A stretch of 64,000 nucleotides of DNA from Fidelibacterota bacterium (GTDB lineage: Bacteria; Verrucomicrobiota; Kiritimatiellia; JAIPIQ01), in assembly GCA_021734645.1 (NCBI GenBank), contig JAIPIQ010000001.1:3422-67421 (forward strand). Reading direction: 5' to 3'. A model generated the notes under the pieces. The model was not told the origin of the DNA, ran no database searches, and saw nothing but the letters and a program-made list of their open reading frames with translations. This document shows, piece after piece, positions 19,669-30,254 of the stretch (the first letter of the stretch is position 1; each line of letters begins with the position of its first letter). The position numbers and the translations under genes were made by a program.

Positions 19669-20064
19669 ATGAGTGTATCGGATCCGATTGCGGATATGTT
19701 AACGCGCCTGCGCAACGGCCTGGCGGCCGGGCAGGAGACCGTCCTGGTGCCGCGCTCGAAGCTCAAGCGCGACTTGGCGGAGATTCTGCGGCGCGAGGGG
19801 TTGATTTTGAGCTGCGAGGAAGAGGACGGGCAGATGCCGCCCATGTTGCGGCTGCGGTTGAAGTACGTGGGCGGCGAGTCGGTGATTCGCGGCCTGCGGC
19901 GGATCAGCCGGCCCGGCTTGCGGCGTTATGTGCCGGCCGCGGAAGTGCCGCGCGTGCTGCGGGGGTCCGGCCTGGCCATTTTGACCACGTCGGCCGGACT
20001 CATGACCGATAGCGAGGCGCGGCGCCGGCATCTCGGCGGCGAAGTACTCTGCTACGTATGGTAA
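19669..20064 (+). CDS. rpsH: 30S ribosomal protein S8
   Basis: 131 aa, SDPIADMLTRLRNG... Confidence 0.94.
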   Translation: MSVSDPIADMLTRLRNGLAAGQETVLVPRSKLKRDLAEILRREGLILSCEEEDGQMPPMLRLRLKYVGGESVIRGLRRISRPGLRRYVPAAEVPRVLRGSGLAILTTSAGLMTDSEARRRHLGGEVLCYVW

Positions 20065-20089
20065 GGCGATTTAGGACGAGGATGTAACC

Positions 20090-20626
20090 ATGTCAAGAAT
20101 TGGAAAAGCGCCGGTGACGATTGTGCCGGGGGTGACCGTAACCCTGGCGGGTCGGCAGGCGAACGTGAAAGGGCCCAAGGGGGAATTGCCGGTGGCATTG
20201 CCCGTGGGCATCGAAGTTAAAGTCGAGGACGGGGTGGCGACGGTCACCCGGGCTGACGACAGCGCCCGGCTGCGCGCCTTGCACGGCACGGTGCGCAGCC
20301 TGCTGGCGAACTGCGTTCAGGGCGTCTCTCAGGGTTTCAGCAAGACGCTGGAAGTGGAGGGCGTCGGCTATCGCGTGAAGCTCGAGGGGGCGCAACTGGT
20401 CATGAGCTTGGGGTATTCCCATCCCATAGAATTTGCGGTTCCGCCGGGCATTCAGATCCAGTTGCCGAGCGCGGGCACGATTGAAGTCAGCGGGTGCGAC
20501 AAGCAGCAGGTGGGCGAGGTCAGCGCGCGCCTGCGCGGCTTCGCGCCCGCGGAGCCCTACAAGGGCAAGGGTGTTAAATACAAGGGTGAGCGAATCCGGC
20601 GGAAGGCCGGCAAGACGGTGGCGTAA
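20090..20626 (+). CDS. rplF: 50S ribosomal protein L6
   Basis: 178 aa, MSRIGKAPVTI... Confidence 0.93.
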   Translation: MSRIGKAPVTIVPGVTVTLAGRQANVKGPKGELPVALPVGIEVKVEDGVATVTRADDSARLRALHGTVRSLLANCVQGVSQGFSKTLEVEGVGYRVKLEGAQLVMSLGYSHPIEFAVPPGIQIQLPSAGTIEVSGCDKQQVGEVSARLRGFAPAEPYKGKGVKYKGERIRRKAGKTVA

Positions 20627-20628
20627 TC

Positions 20629-20991
20629 ATGAAAGTACGAACAAAATCCGAGGCCCGGCGGCGGCGGCATCTGCGGCTGCGGCAAAAAGTGAGCGGCACG
20701 GCCGACCGGCCGCGTATGGCGGTCTATTGCTCGAACACGGCGTTGTATGTGCAGTTTATTGACGACGTGGCCGGCCACACGCTGGCCGCGGCCAGCACCC
20801 GCAGCGCCGCGATGGCCGAATGGGCGGGGCAACAGAACCAGGCGGCGGCGAAGCAGTTGGGCGCCGTGGCGGCGGCGGCCGCGCTGGCGGCGGGCATCGA
20901 GGCGGTGGTTTTTGATCGGGGCGGTTTTACCTATGGCGCGCGGTTGCGCGCGTTGGCTGACGGCGTGCGGGCCGGCGGCCTCAAGTTGTGA
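20629..20991 (+). CDS. rplR: 50S ribosomal protein L18
   Basis: 120 aa, position and sequence. Confidence 0.9.
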   Translation: MKVRTKSEARRRRHLRLRQKVSGTADRPRMAVYCSNTALYVQFIDDVAGHTLAAASTRSAAMAEWAGQQNQAAAKQLGAVAAAAALAAGIEAVVFDRGGFTYGARLRALADGVRAGGLKL

Positions 20992-21512
20992 AAGGCGGAA
21001 TGGGCATGGCAAGAGAGCGCAGCAAGAGTCGGCGGCCGGAAGCGGAAGCGCCGGTTTCGGAATATGAAGATCGGGTTGTGGCGGTCAATCGGTGCTCGAA
21101 GGTGGTCAAGGGCGGCCGGCGCTTCAGTTTCAGCGCGTTGGTTGTGAGCGGTGATCGCAAGGGGCACGTGGGCTATGGTTTGGGCAAGGCCAATGAAGTG
21201 GCCGATGCCATTCGCAAGGGCACGGATCTGGCGCGCCGCAATCTGATCAGTGTGCCGCTGGACGGCAAGACGATTCCCCATGAAGTGACGGGGGCGTTTG
21301 ATGGCGGGCGCGTGCTGTTGCGGCCGGCGTCGCCGGGCACGGGCGTGATTGCGGGCGGCGCGGCCCGGGCGATCCTGGATTTGGCGGGGGTGCGGGATGT
21401 GCTGGCCAAATCGTTGGGCAGCAGCAATCATATCAATGTAACCAAGGCCACGGTGCTGGCCATTCAGCAGTTGCGGACCCGGGAAGAGCTGCGCGGATTG
21501 CGCGGGGTTTAA
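20988..21512 (+). CDS. rpsE: 30S ribosomal protein S5
   Basis: 174 aa, ...[27 protein letters not shown]... Confidence 0.93.
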   Translation: MKGGMGMARERSKSRRPEAEAPVSEYEDRVVAVNRCSKVVKGGRRFSFSALVVSGDRKGHVGYGLGKANEVADAIRKGTDLARRNLISVPLDGKTIPHEVTGAFDGGRVLLRPASPGTGVIAGGAARAILDLAGVRDVLAKSLGSSNHINVTKATVLAIQQLRTREELRGLRGV

Positions 21513-21539
21513 ACCGGTTCCACGAGGATTTGAGCCATT

Positions 21540-21983
21540 ATGAAATTACAGGCAATACAGAAGTCGCAGGGTTCCACGCATCGGCGCAAGCGGGTCGGGC
21601 GGGGCGAGGGCTCGGGGCTGGGTAAGACCAGCGGCCGGGGACACAAGGGGCAGCATTCGCGCTCGGGCAGCGGCTATCGGCCGGCCTTCGAGGGCGGCCA
21701 GATGAGTTTGGTGCGCCGGGTGGCCAAGCGCGGGTTCAACCATGCGCACGGGCGGGTCTTGATCCCGGTCAATCTGGCCGATCTGGCGCGCCTGGGCGAC
21801 GTGGCGGAAATCACGCCGGAGTTGCTGCGGGCCCAAGGTTTGGCCAAAGGCGTGGCCGATGGCATCAAAATTCTGGCCCGGGGTGAAATCACCCGGGCCG
21901 TAACCATCAAGGCCCAGGCCTTCAGTGCCGCGGCGCAGGCCAAGATCGAAGCCGCCGGCGGACGCTGGGAAGTGCTGACCTGA
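21540..21983 (+). CDS. rplO: 50S ribosomal protein L15
   Basis: 147 aa, Gly/Arg-rich N-terminus. Follows S5 after 27 nt, with no L30 gene. Confidence 0.9.
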   Translation: MKLQAIQKSQGSTHRRKRVGRGEGSGLGKTSGRGHKGQHSRSGSGYRPAFEGGQMSLVRRVAKRGFNHAHGRVLIPVNLADLARLGDVAEITPELLRAQGLAKGVADGIKILARGEITRAVTIKAQAFSAAAQAKIEAAGGRWEVLT

Positions 21984-22002
21984 AGACCGCGGGGATTGAC
22001 CC

Positions 22003-23349
22003 ATGCTTTCTGCCTTTAAAAACAGTTTCAAAATTCCGGAATTACGGCAACGGATTCTCTTTACCTGCGGGTTGATTTTCATCTGCCGGGTGGTGAGCCG
22101 GGTGCCGACGCCCGGCGTGGATACGGAGGCCTTGCGCCTGTTTATCGAGCGCATGCAGGCCACGACCGGCGGGAGTTTTCTGGGGTTGTTCGATCTGTTC
22201 AGCGGCGGCGCCATGAGCAATGTGGCCGTCGGCGCATTGGGGATCATGCCCTATATCAGCGCCTCGATTATCATCCAGTTGTTGACGGCGGTGATTCCGG
22301 GGCTCGAGCGGTTGGCGCGCGAGGGGGATACGGGCCGTCAGAAGATCACCCAGTATACGCGCTACCTGACCCTGCTGTTGTGCGTGATTCAGGGGTATGC
22401 CATGGCCGTCGCGCTGGAGAATCCGGGGGCTCTGGGCATTGATGCGCGCATTGTCACCATGCCGGGCTGGGGTTTTCGGCTGTTGACGGTGCTGACGATG
22501 ACGACCGGCACGATGCTGATGATGTGGCTGGGCGAGCAGATGACGGAGCGGGGGATCGGGAATGGCATTTCCCTGATCATCACGGTCAACATTGTGAGCA
22601 GCCTGCCGGAAGCCGTGCAGGTCATGATCCGCATGTTCCGTCCGATTGACGGGGTGGCGCAGTTCAATATCTTTCACTTGGTCGGTTTGTTGACCATGAT
22701 CGTGCTGGTGATTGCGGGGGTGATCGCCGTCACCCAGGCGCAGCGCAAGATTCCGGTGCAGTATGCCAAGCGGGTGGTCGGGCGCAAGGTGTACGGCGGC
22801 CAGAGCACCTACATGCCCCTGCGGGTCAATTATGCCGGCGTCATGCCCATCATTTTTGCCCAGGCGATTCTCATGTTCCCGCCGCGGGTCCTGAACATGA
22901 TGCCCTTTGACTTTGCCAAGCGCATGGCCGCCCTGCTGAATTTCGGCACGCCGCTGTATAACACCATCTATGCCCTCATGATTCTGTTCTTCTCCTACTT
23001 CTGGGTCGCCACCCAGTTCAATCCCGTGCAGATTGCCGACGACCTGAAGAAGTATGGCGGCTATGTGCCGGGCATCCGCCCCGGCAAGCCCACGGCCGAG
23101 TTTCTGGACCGCACCATGACCCGGATCACCCTCGCGGGCGCCATCTTCCTGACCTTGATCGCGGTGACCCCGACGATCATGGCCCAGCAATTCAATATTC
23201 CATGGATCGTGGCGTCGTTCTTCGGCGGCACCAGCGTGCTGATCATGGTGGGCGTGATGCTCGATACCATGCGTCAGGTGGAATCCCACCTGTTGATGCG
23301 GCACTACGACGGCTTCCTTAAAAAGGGCAAGCTGCGCTCGAGGAGATAA
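22003..23349 (+). CDS. secY: Preprotein translocase subunit SecY
   Basis: 448 aa, multi-TM. Canonical position after rplO. Confidence 0.95.
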   Translation: MLSAFKNSFKIPELRQRILFTCGLIFICRVVSRVPTPGVDTEALRLFIERMQATTGGSFLGLFDLFSGGAMSNVAVGALGIMPYISASIIIQLLTAVIPGLERLAREGDTGRQKITQYTRYLTLLLCVIQGYAMAVALENPGALGIDARIVTMPGWGFRLLTVLTMTTGTMLMMWLGEQMTERGIGNGISLIITVNIVSSLPEAVQVMIRMFRPIDGVAQFNIFHLVGLLTMIVLVIAGVIAVTQAQRKIPVQYAKRVVGRKVYGGQSTYMPLRVNYAGVMPIIFAQAILMFPPRVLNMMPFDFAKRMAALLNFGTPLYNTIYALMILFFSYFWVATQFNPVQIADDLKKYGGYVPGIRPGKPTAEFLDRTMTRITLAGAIFLTLIAVTPTIMAQQFNIPWIVASFFGGTSVLIMVGVMLDTMRQVESHLLMRHYDGFLKKGKLRSRR

Positions 23350-23353
23350 GCCC

Positions 23354-24004
23354 ATGGATGCCATTATTCTTTTAGGGGCGCCGGGCGCCGGCAAGGGGAC
23401 CGTGGCGGGCGCGGTCGAGCGGGAGACCGGGTATGCGCATGTATCGACCGGGGATCTGCTGCGGGCGGCGCTGAAGGCGGGTACGCCGGTGGGTTTGCAG
23501 GCCAAGGCGTACATGGATGCCGGCGAGCTGGTGCCCGATGATGTGATTCTGGGCATCGTGCGCGAGCGCCTTGAGACGGCCGGCCCGGACGGGCGCGTGC
23601 TGTTTGACGGGTTTCCGCGCACGACGGTACAGGCCGAGCAACTGGCGGCCGTATTGGCCGAACAGGGCGGCCAGGTCTCGCACGTTTTTCTGTTGGATGT
23701 GCCGGAAGCGGTGCTGATTGACCGCTTGGCCGGCCGGCGGGTGTGCCGGGCCTGCGGCGCGGTGTATCACGTGCGCAATATTCCGCCGCGGGTTGCGGGG
23801 ATCTGCGACCGGTGCGGGGGCGAGCTGTTTCAGCGGCCGGATGACACGGAAGAGACCGTGCGCAACCGGTTGGTGGTCTACGAGCAGCAAACGGCCAGCC
23901 TGATTGAATTTTATGACGCGCGCGGGTTGCTGGTGCGGATACCGGCGGCCGGCGAACGGTCGGCAACGGAAGCGGCAATCGTCGCCCAAGTCACAGCCGG
24001 CTGA
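23354..24004 (+). CDS. adk: Adenylate kinase (Zn-lid type)
   Basis: GAPGAGKGT P-loop and a CRACG...CDRCGG lid. Confidence 0.93.
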   Translation: MDAIILLGAPGAGKGTVAGAVERETGYAHVSTGDLLRAALKAGTPVGLQAKAYMDAGELVPDDVILGIVRERLETAGPDGRVLFDGFPRTTVQAEQLAAVLAEQGGQVSHVFLLDVPEAVLIDRLAGRRVCRACGAVYHVRNIPPRVAGICDRCGGELFQRPDDTEETVRNRLVVYEQQTASLIEFYDARGLLVRIPAAGERSATEAAIVAQVTAG

Positions 24005-24011
24005 TTGTTCT

Positions 24012-24767
24012 ATGATTAAGATTAAATCGCCGGCGGAACTGGAGCGCATGCGCGCCAGTGGCCGCCTGGCCGCTCAATTGCGGGAAGCCGTGGTGGCGCG
24101 GGTGGCGCCCGGGGTTACGACCCGGGAGCTGGATGCCTATGCCCGGGAATGGCTGGCCCAGCATGGGGCCCGCAGCGCCTTTCTCGGCTATCGGGGGTAT
24201 CCCGGTTGCATCTGCATTTCGGTGAACGACGAAGTGGTGCACGGCATCGGGGGCGACCGGCAGGTGCTTATGGGCGATCTGGTCAGCCTGGATTTCGGCG
24301 TGAGTTATGAGGGCTATGTGGGAGATACGGCGAAAACCGTGCTGGTGGGCGCCCTGCAGCCGGAGAGCCTGCACTTGGTGCAGACCGCGGAAGCGGCGCT
24401 GCAAGCCGGCATCGCGGCGGCCCGGCCCGGTAACCATGTGGGCGATATCGGCCATGCGGTGGAGCAGGTGGCCCGGCGGGCCAGGATGAGTGTCGTGCGT
24501 GACTTCGTGGGGCATGGCGTGGGGCGCCACTTGCATGAGGATCCGCAGGTGCCCAACTATGGCCGCCCCGGGCAAGGCGCCCGCCTGCGGCCCGGGATGA
24601 CCCTGGCCATTGAGCCCATGCTCAACCGGGGCGGCGCCGCGGTGCGGGTGCTGGCCGATGGCTGGACCGTCGTGACCCGCGACGGCAGCCTGTCGGCCCA
24701 TTGCGAGCATACGGTGGCCATCGGGCCTGAGGGGCCCGAAATATTGACATGCACGGCGGCGAATTAA
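24012..24767 (+). CDS. map: Methionine aminopeptidase type I
   Basis: Internal start MIKIKSPAELERM... Metal ligands present. Confidence 0.92.
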   Translation: MIKIKSPAELERMRASGRLAAQLREAVVARVAPGVTTRELDAYAREWLAQHGARSAFLGYRGYPGCICISVNDEVVHGIGGDRQVLMGDLVSLDFGVSYEGYVGDTAKTVLVGALQPESLHLVQTAEAALQAGIAAARPGNHVGDIGHAVEQVARRARMSVVRDFVGHGVGRHLHEDPQVPNYGRPGQGARLRPGMTLAIEPMLNRGGAAVRVLADGWTVVTRDGSLSAHCEHTVAIGPEGPEILTCTAAN

Positions 24768-24973
24768 TTTTGCTGGACGCGGAGGTCCGGCAGGTGGTAA
24801 AGATGGGTGTTTATCGCGTCCAGTTGGAAAACGGACACGAGTTGACGGCTTTTTCCGGGCCGGGCGCAGTACGTGTGGCCGACCTGGGTGAACGAGTGCG
24901 CATGGCGGTTGCGCCGTGGGATTTTTCCCGCGGGCGGTTGCTGTCGGCGACGAAACAGATGGTGGAGTCATGA
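24749..24973 (+). CDS. infA: Translation initiation factor IF-1
   Basis: 74 aa, [14 protein letters not shown]... Aligns with the IF-1 S1-like fold. Overlaps the map 3' end by 19 nt. Confidence 0.8.
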   Translation: MHGGELILLDAEVRQVVKMGVYRVQLENGHELTAFSGPGAVRVADLGERVRMAVAPWDFSRGRLLSATKQMVES

Positions 24974-25083
24974 AAGTAAGAAGTTCGGTAAAAAGAGTGT
25001 GCGAGCGCTGCAAGGTGATTCGCCGCAAAGGGGTGGTGCGGGTGATCTGCACCAATCCCCGTCACAAACAACGTCAGGGTTGA
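24970..25083 (+). CDS. rpmJ: 50S ribosomal protein L36
   Basis: Found by reading: [37 protein letters not shown]. The ATG overlaps the infA stop (ATGA). Not in the ORF track because it is under 60 aa. Confidence 0.88.
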   Translation: MKVRSSVKRVCERCKVIRRKGVVRVICTNPRHKQRQG

Positions 25084-25094
25084 GGAGTTTTGCC

Positions 25095-25493
25095 ATGCCG
25101 AGAGTGATGGGCATTGATATTCCGGGGCGCAAGCGGATCGAGTACGCGTTGCGTTACATTCATGGAATTGGACCGGCGCGCGCGCGTCAGATCGTGGCCA
25201 AGGCCGGGCTCGACCCGGCGCAGAAAGCCGATAGCTTGGGCGACGAGGAAATCACGCGCCTGGCCGGTATTTTGCAGGCCGAGTACCATATCGAGGGGGA
25301 TCTGCGGCGCGAAGTGGCGCAGAACATTCGCCGCTTGATGGGGATTGGCTGTTACCGTGGTTTGCGGCATCGGCGCGGGTTGCCCTGCCGGGGTCAGCGC
25401 ACGAGTACCAACGCCCGGACGCGGAAGGGGCCCCGCAAAACAATCGGCGCGGTGCGCGGCAAAGATGCCCGTGCGGCCGCCGCCAAGAAATAG
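25095..25493 (+). CDS. rpsM: 30S ribosomal protein S13
   Basis: Internal start MPRVMGIDIPGRKRIEYALRYIHGIG... Confidence 0.93.
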   Translation: MPRVMGIDIPGRKRIEYALRYIHGIGPARARQIVAKAGLDPAQKADSLGDEEITRLAGILQAEYHIEGDLRREVAQNIRRLMGIGCYRGLRHRRGLPCRGQRTSTNARTRKGPRKTIGAVRGKDARAAAAKK

Positions 25494-25510
25494 ATGGCAG
25501 GGAGTAAACA

Positions 25511-26014
25511 ATGGCTGAAGAAATAGAACAGAATGTGCCGGTGGCGGCGCCGCCGGTTGTTGCGGAGGCGGAAACGCCGCCCGCCACGCCGGAGCCGGAC
25601 GCCGGGTCCGCGGGTGAGGCCGAAGGCGAAAAGGTGGTCAAGCGCAAGCTGGCCAAGGGGGCGAAGAATATCGCCATCGGCCTGGCCCACGTGAATGCCT
25701 CGTTCAACAATACCATGGTCAGTTTTTCCGACTTGCGGGGCAACGTGATTTCGTGGGCCAATGCGGGCCGGTGCGGTTTCAAGGGGTCGCGCAAGAGCAC
25801 GGCCTTTGCGGCCACCACGGTGGCGCAGGAGGCGGCCCGGGTGGCGACGGGCCATGGGCTGCGCGAGGTCGAAGTGTTGGTGCAGGGTCCCGGTTCGGGG
25901 CGGGAGTCGGCCGTGCGCGCGATTCAAGCAGCCGGCATCAATGTGACCGCCATCAAGGATGTAACCCCGATTCCCCACAATGGCTGCCGCCCGCGCAAGC
26001 GGCGCCGGGTATAA
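25511..26014 (+). CDS. rpsK: 30S ribosomal protein S11 with a roughly 35-aa Ala/Pro/Glu-rich N-terminal extension
   Basis: 167 aa. Conserved S11 core after residue ~40. Confidence 0.92.
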   Translation: MAEEIEQNVPVAAPPVVAEAETPPATPEPDAGSAGEAEGEKVVKRKLAKGAKNIAIGLAHVNASFNNTMVSFSDLRGNVISWANAGRCGFKGSRKSTAFAATTVAQEAARVATGHGLREVEVLVQGPGSGRESAVRAIQAAGINVTAIKDVTPIPHNGCRPRKRRRV

Positions 26015-26048
26015 TCAGCGCGCCCTTTGGGCCGCTACGGAGTAAGCG

Positions 26049-26675
26049 ATGAGTAGATATACGGGACCCGCATGTAAACAATGCCGCCGCGAAGGCCTGA
26101 AGCTGATGCTGAAGGGCCAGCGCTGCCAGCAGGCCAAGTGTGCTAGTGACCGGGGGCGGCCGCTGCCCGGCGGCCAGCCCAAGCGCCGGCCGAAAACCTC
26201 CGACTATGGCATGCAGTTGCGCGAGAAGCAGCGCCTGAAACGCATGTATGGCCTGTCCGAGGCCCAGTTCCACCTGTTTTTTGACCGGGCGGCCCGGACG
26301 CGCGGCTTGACCGGCGAGCAGTTGCTGCAAATGCTGGAATTGCGCCTGGACAATATCGTCTACCGGCTGGGCTTTGCCGATTCGCGCCGGGCGGCGCGCC
26401 AGTTTGTCAATCATGGCCACGTCCAGGTCAATGGGCGCAAGGCGTCCATTCCCTCGATGGTCCTGGGTGTCGGGGACGTGATTGAGGTCCGGACGCGCGA
26501 CGCCAGCCAGGGCTATGCCAAGGGGGCGGAAGACCGCGCCGAGAGCCGGGAGCGGGTCGGCTGGCTGCTGTTCGATGCGGCCACCCTGCGCGGCGAAGTG
26601 CTGCACGTGCCTTCCCGCGACGAGATCGGGCCGATTGTGAATGAACAGATGATCGTCGAGTTGTATTCGAAATAA
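26049..26675 (+). CDS. rpsD: 30S ribosomal protein S4
   Basis: 208 aa with an N-terminal Cys cluster MSRYTGPACKQCRREG. Confidence 0.93.
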   Translation: MSRYTGPACKQCRREGLKLMLKGQRCQQAKCASDRGRPLPGGQPKRRPKTSDYGMQLREKQRLKRMYGLSEAQFHLFFDRAARTRGLTGEQLLQMLELRLDNIVYRLGFADSRRAARQFVNHGHVQVNGRKASIPSMVLGVGDVIEVRTRDASQGYAKGAEDRAESRERVGWLLFDAATLRGEVLHVPSRDEIGPIVNEQMIVELYSK

Positions 26676-26739
26676 ACCAATCCGGCCTGGCCGGTTCACC
26701 ATACGGGTCGGTTAACGACCGATTCTGGGAGAAGTAGAT

Positions 26740-27744
26740 ATGCCTATTCGACTTGGCCGGTTCGAGATGCCCAAGCGCATCGTCGCCGACGAGACCATTG
26801 CGGAAACCAATTACCGGCGCTTCATTGCCGAGCCTTTCGAGGCCGGTTATGGCCGGACCATCGGCAACTCGCTGCGGCGGGTGCTGCTGTCGTCCCTCGA
26901 GGGCGCCGCCGTTTCGAGCGTCAAGATTGAGGGCGCCCTGCATGAGTTCTGCACGCTGCCGGGCATGGTTGAAGACGTGACGGACGTGATCCTGAACTTG
27001 AAGACGGTGTTGTTCAAGTCCTTCAGCCGCGAGCCGCGCAGCCTCAAGATTGATGTCAAGGGGCCGGCGACGGTGACGGCCGCGGACATTCAGGCGGATG
27101 GCACCGTCGAGGTGTTGAACCCCGAGCAAGTCATCTGCACGCTCGATCAGGGCGGTGTCTTCCGGGCGGAACTCGAAGTGCGGGTGGGCCGTGGCTATTG
27201 CCCCGCCGAGGGCAACAAGCAGCCCAACCAGCCGATCGGGGTCATTCCGGTGGACTCCCTGTATTCGCCGGTGCGCCGCGTGCGCTATGAAGTGGAGAAC
27301 ACGCGGGTGGGCCAGCATACGGATTATGACCGCCTGATCCTGGAGGTCTGGACTGATGGCCGCGTGACCCCGGATGATGCCCTGACGCTCTCGGCCTCGA
27401 TTCTGCGGCACCACATGGATGTTTTTGTCGAGTATGATCAGCATACGGTTGAATTCGAGGAGACCGAGCGGGTTCACGACGCCGAGCGCGACGAACTGCG
27501 CGCCAAGCTGGCCGTCAGCGTGAATGAGATCGAGTTGAGCGTGCGGGCGGCCAATTGCCTGAACAACGCCAACATCACGACGGTGGGCGAACTGGCGCAG
27601 AAGACCGAGGCGGAGATGTTGAAGTACCGCAACTTCGGCAAGAAATCACTGAACGAAATCAAGGACAAGCTGGCGGAGAAGGGGCTTTCATTGGGAATGA
27701 CGTTTGATTCCGATCTTTTGCCCCCGAAGCCGGAAGAGGATTGA
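26740..27744 (+). CDS. rpoA: DNA-directed RNA polymerase subunit alpha
   Basis: 334 aa, NSLRRVLLSS motif and alpha-CTD. Confidence 0.95.
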   Translation: MPIRLGRFEMPKRIVADETIAETNYRRFIAEPFEAGYGRTIGNSLRRVLLSSLEGAAVSSVKIEGALHEFCTLPGMVEDVTDVILNLKTVLFKSFSREPRSLKIDVKGPATVTAADIQADGTVEVLNPEQVICTLDQGGVFRAELEVRVGRGYCPAEGNKQPNQPIGVIPVDSLYSPVRRVRYEVENTRVGQHTDYDRLILEVWTDGRVTPDDALTLSASILRHHMDVFVEYDQHTVEFEETERVHDAERDELRAKLAVSVNEIELSVRAANCLNNANITTVGELAQKTEAEMLKYRNFGKKSLNEIKDKLAEKGLSLGMTFDSDLLPPKPEED

Positions 27745-27772
27745 CCCCTGCGGGGGGAACGGAGATGAAGCG

Positions 27773-28177
27773 ATGAGGCATCGCAAGTTGACCATGAAAT
27801 TGGGGCGCAACAGCGCCCAGCGCACGGCGTTGTTGCAGTCGGTGGTTACCGGCCTGATCACGCGCCGTCAGGTGCGGACCACGCTGGGGCGCGCCAAAGC
27901 CGCGCAGCGGGTGGCCGAGCGCATGATGACCCTGGGCAAGCAGGGGACGCTGGCGGCGCGGCGGCGGGTGATTGCCCGGCTGCGTTCCCCGCGGGCGGCG
28001 GCCATTCTCTTTGACGAGCTGGCGCCCGCCTTCCAGGATCGCCAGGGCGGCTACACCCGCCTGATTCAATTGGAACCGCGTCCCGGCGACAATGCGCCCC
28101 AGGCCATTTTGGAATGGACCGAGACCGCGTTGCCGGCGCCGGCGCCCGACGCCGCGCCCGCCCCGGAAACCAAATAG
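27773..28177 (+). CDS. rplQ: 50S ribosomal protein L17
   Basis: Internal start MRHRKLTMKLGRNSAQR... Confidence 0.9.
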   Translation: MRHRKLTMKLGRNSAQRTALLQSVVTGLITRRQVRTTLGRAKAAQRVAERMMTLGKQGTLAARRRVIARLRSPRAAAILFDELAPAFQDRQGGYTRLIQLEPRPGDNAPQAILEWTETALPAPAPDAAPAPETK

Positions 28178-28262
28178 ACCGGGGTCAAGCGGGCGCGACC
28201 CGACGGTCGGCCGGTGACATATTGACTTGACAGGGGATCGCTCACGATAGAAAGTTCCGCGC

Positions 28263-29291
28263 ATGTTCGGACGCTTGTTAGGATTATTCTCTAACGATAT
28301 CGGGATTGACCTCGGTACCGCCAATACCCTTGTGTTCGTCCGGGATCGCGGCATTGTGCTGCGGGAGCCTTCCGTGGTGGCGGTGCAGGCGGGCACCAAT
28401 CGCGTGCTGGCGGTGGGAGAGGAAGCCAAACGCATGCTGGGGCGTACGCCGGGCAGCATCGTGGCCATTCGCCCCCTGAAGGCCGGGGTGATTGCCGATT
28501 TTGAGATCACCGAGCGGATGATGCGCTATTTCATCACGAAGGTGCATAACCGCCGCAAGTTGGTCAGGCCGCGGGTGATCATTGCCGTGCCCAGCGGCAT
28601 TACGGAAGTGGAGAAGCGGGCGGTCAGGGAAGCGGCTTCGCACGCCGGCGCGCGCGAGGTATTTTTGATCGAGGAGCCGATGGCGGCAGCCATCGGCGTG
28701 GGTTTGCCCGTACAGGAACCGGCCGGCAACATGATTGTTGACATCGGTGGCGGCACCACCGAGGTGGCGCTGATTTCCTTGGCGGGTATTGTGTTTAGTA
28801 AGAGTGTGCGGGTGGGCGGCGACGAAATGGATGACGCCCTCATTCAATACATGAAGCGCGTTTACAATTTGATGATCGGTGAGCGCACCGCGGAAGAGAT
28901 TAAAATGACCATCGGCTCGGCGTATCCTCTGGAAGAGGAGATGACCATCGAGGTCAAGGGCCGCGATCTGGTGGCCGGGTTGCCCAAGACGCTGACGGTA
29001 ACCAGCGAAGAAATCCGCGAAGCGTTGAAGGAGCCGATTGCTGCCATCGTGGATGCCGTGCGGGTGACCCTTGAGCGGTGTCCGCCGGAGTTGTCCGCCG
29101 ATCTGGTGGACCGGGGTTTGATTCTGGCCGGGGGCGGTTCCTTACTGCGCGGGCTGGATAAGCTGGTGGCCGAGCAGACCGGTTTGCCGGTTCATGTGGC
29201 CGATGATCCCCTCAGTGCGGTGGCGGAGGGTACCGGCGTGGTGCTCAACGAATTGAATTTCCTGCGCAAGGCCGGCGCGGATCGAATCTGA
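28263..29291 (+). CDS. mreB: Rod shape-determining protein MreB
   Basis: 342 aa actin-like, [12 protein letters not shown]... Confidence 0.93.
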   Translation: MFGRLLGLFSNDIGIDLGTANTLVFVRDRGIVLREPSVVAVQAGTNRVLAVGEEAKRMLGRTPGSIVAIRPLKAGVIADFEITERMMRYFITKVHNRRKLVRPRVIIAVPSGITEVEKRAVREAASHAGAREVFLIEEPMAAAIGVGLPVQEPAGNMIVDIGGGTTEVALISLAGIVFSKSVRVGGDEMDDALIQYMKRVYNLMIGERTAEEIKMTIGSAYPLEEEMTIEVKGRDLVAGLPKTLTVTSEEIREALKEPIAAIVDAVRVTLERCPPELSADLVDRGLILAGGGSLLRGLDKLVAEQTGLPVHVADDPLSAVAEGTGVVLNELNFLRKAGADRI

Positions 29292-29381
29292 CCGGCTTAT
29301 GCCCGGCCGCTGGCCGGGGCTTCGTGGCTCATGCGCACCCAGTGGGGCCGCCGATGAACGGCGCCCGACAGGTGGGATGTT

Positions 29382-30254
29382 GTGAGGCAAACGCAAGCCA
29401 GGCTTTGGATTGGCGCGGGACTTCTGGTTCTGTTGCTGCTGAATCTGCCGAGCGCGGGCACCCGGCGGATGCGCTGGGGGCTGCGCGAGGTATTAGCCCC
29501 GTTGCAGCATGGCTGGGCGGCCTTGGCGTTGCGCGCCCGGGAGACGGCCGCGGTGGCGCGGGGGCTGGGGGGATTGGCGCGGGAGAACCGCGAGCAGGCC
29601 GAGGAGCTGATTCGTTTGCGTCAGCAGGTTGCCGCCTTGGCCACGGTGGCCGAAGAGAACCGGGCCTTGCGTTCCCAACTGGGGTTCCAGCGCGAGCAGG
29701 CCCCCCAATTGATCGCCGCCGAGGTCATCGCCCGGGACGCAGTCGGCTGGTGGGAAGCCTTGCGCATCGGGCGGGGCCTGCTGGACAATGTCCGGCCGGA
29801 TCAGGCGGTGGTGACCGCCGAGGGCCTGGTGGGCCGGACGCAGGCGGTTTCGCCGCGGACGGCCGAAGTGCTGCTGTTATCTGATCCGCGTTGCCGGGTC
29901 GGGGTTCAGGTGGCGCGGACGGGGGGCTACGGCATTTTGATGGGGCGGGGGTCGTCGCCGACCGGGCGCGCGGTCTGCCGGGTGGATTTCATCAACCGGA
30001 ATCTGGCGCCACGCCTGGGCGACGCGGTGGTGACCTCCGGGTTGGGGCAGGTGTTTCCGCCGGGGATTCTGATCGGATATATCGAGCGGGTGTATCAGGA
30101 TGCCTCGGGTCTGTATCTTGCCGCCGAAGTGACGCCCAAGGCGGATCTCAGCCGGTTACGTTATGTCTTTGTCCTGACGACGGATGAATTTGATCCGGCG
30201 GTGCATTTGGAGCGGGTCGGGGCGCGCAGCGCCCGCATCGAGGGCGGGCCATGA
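29382..30254 (+). CDS. mreC: Rod shape-determining protein MreC (GTG start)
   Basis: N-terminal TM segment and coiled coil. Located after mreB. Confidence 0.85.
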   Translation: MRQTQARLWIGAGLLVLLLLNLPSAGTRRMRWGLREVLAPLQHGWAALALRARETAAVARGLGGLARENREQAEELIRLRQQVAALATVAEENRALRSQLGFQREQAPQLIAAEVIARDAVGWWEALRIGRGLLDNVRPDQAVVTAEGLVGRTQAVSPRTAEVLLLSDPRCRVGVQVARTGGYGILMGRGSSPTGRAVCRVDFINRNLAPRLGDAVVTSGLGQVFPPGILIGYIERVYQDASGLYLAAEVTPKADLSRLRYVFVLTTDEFDPAVHLERVGARSARIEGGP

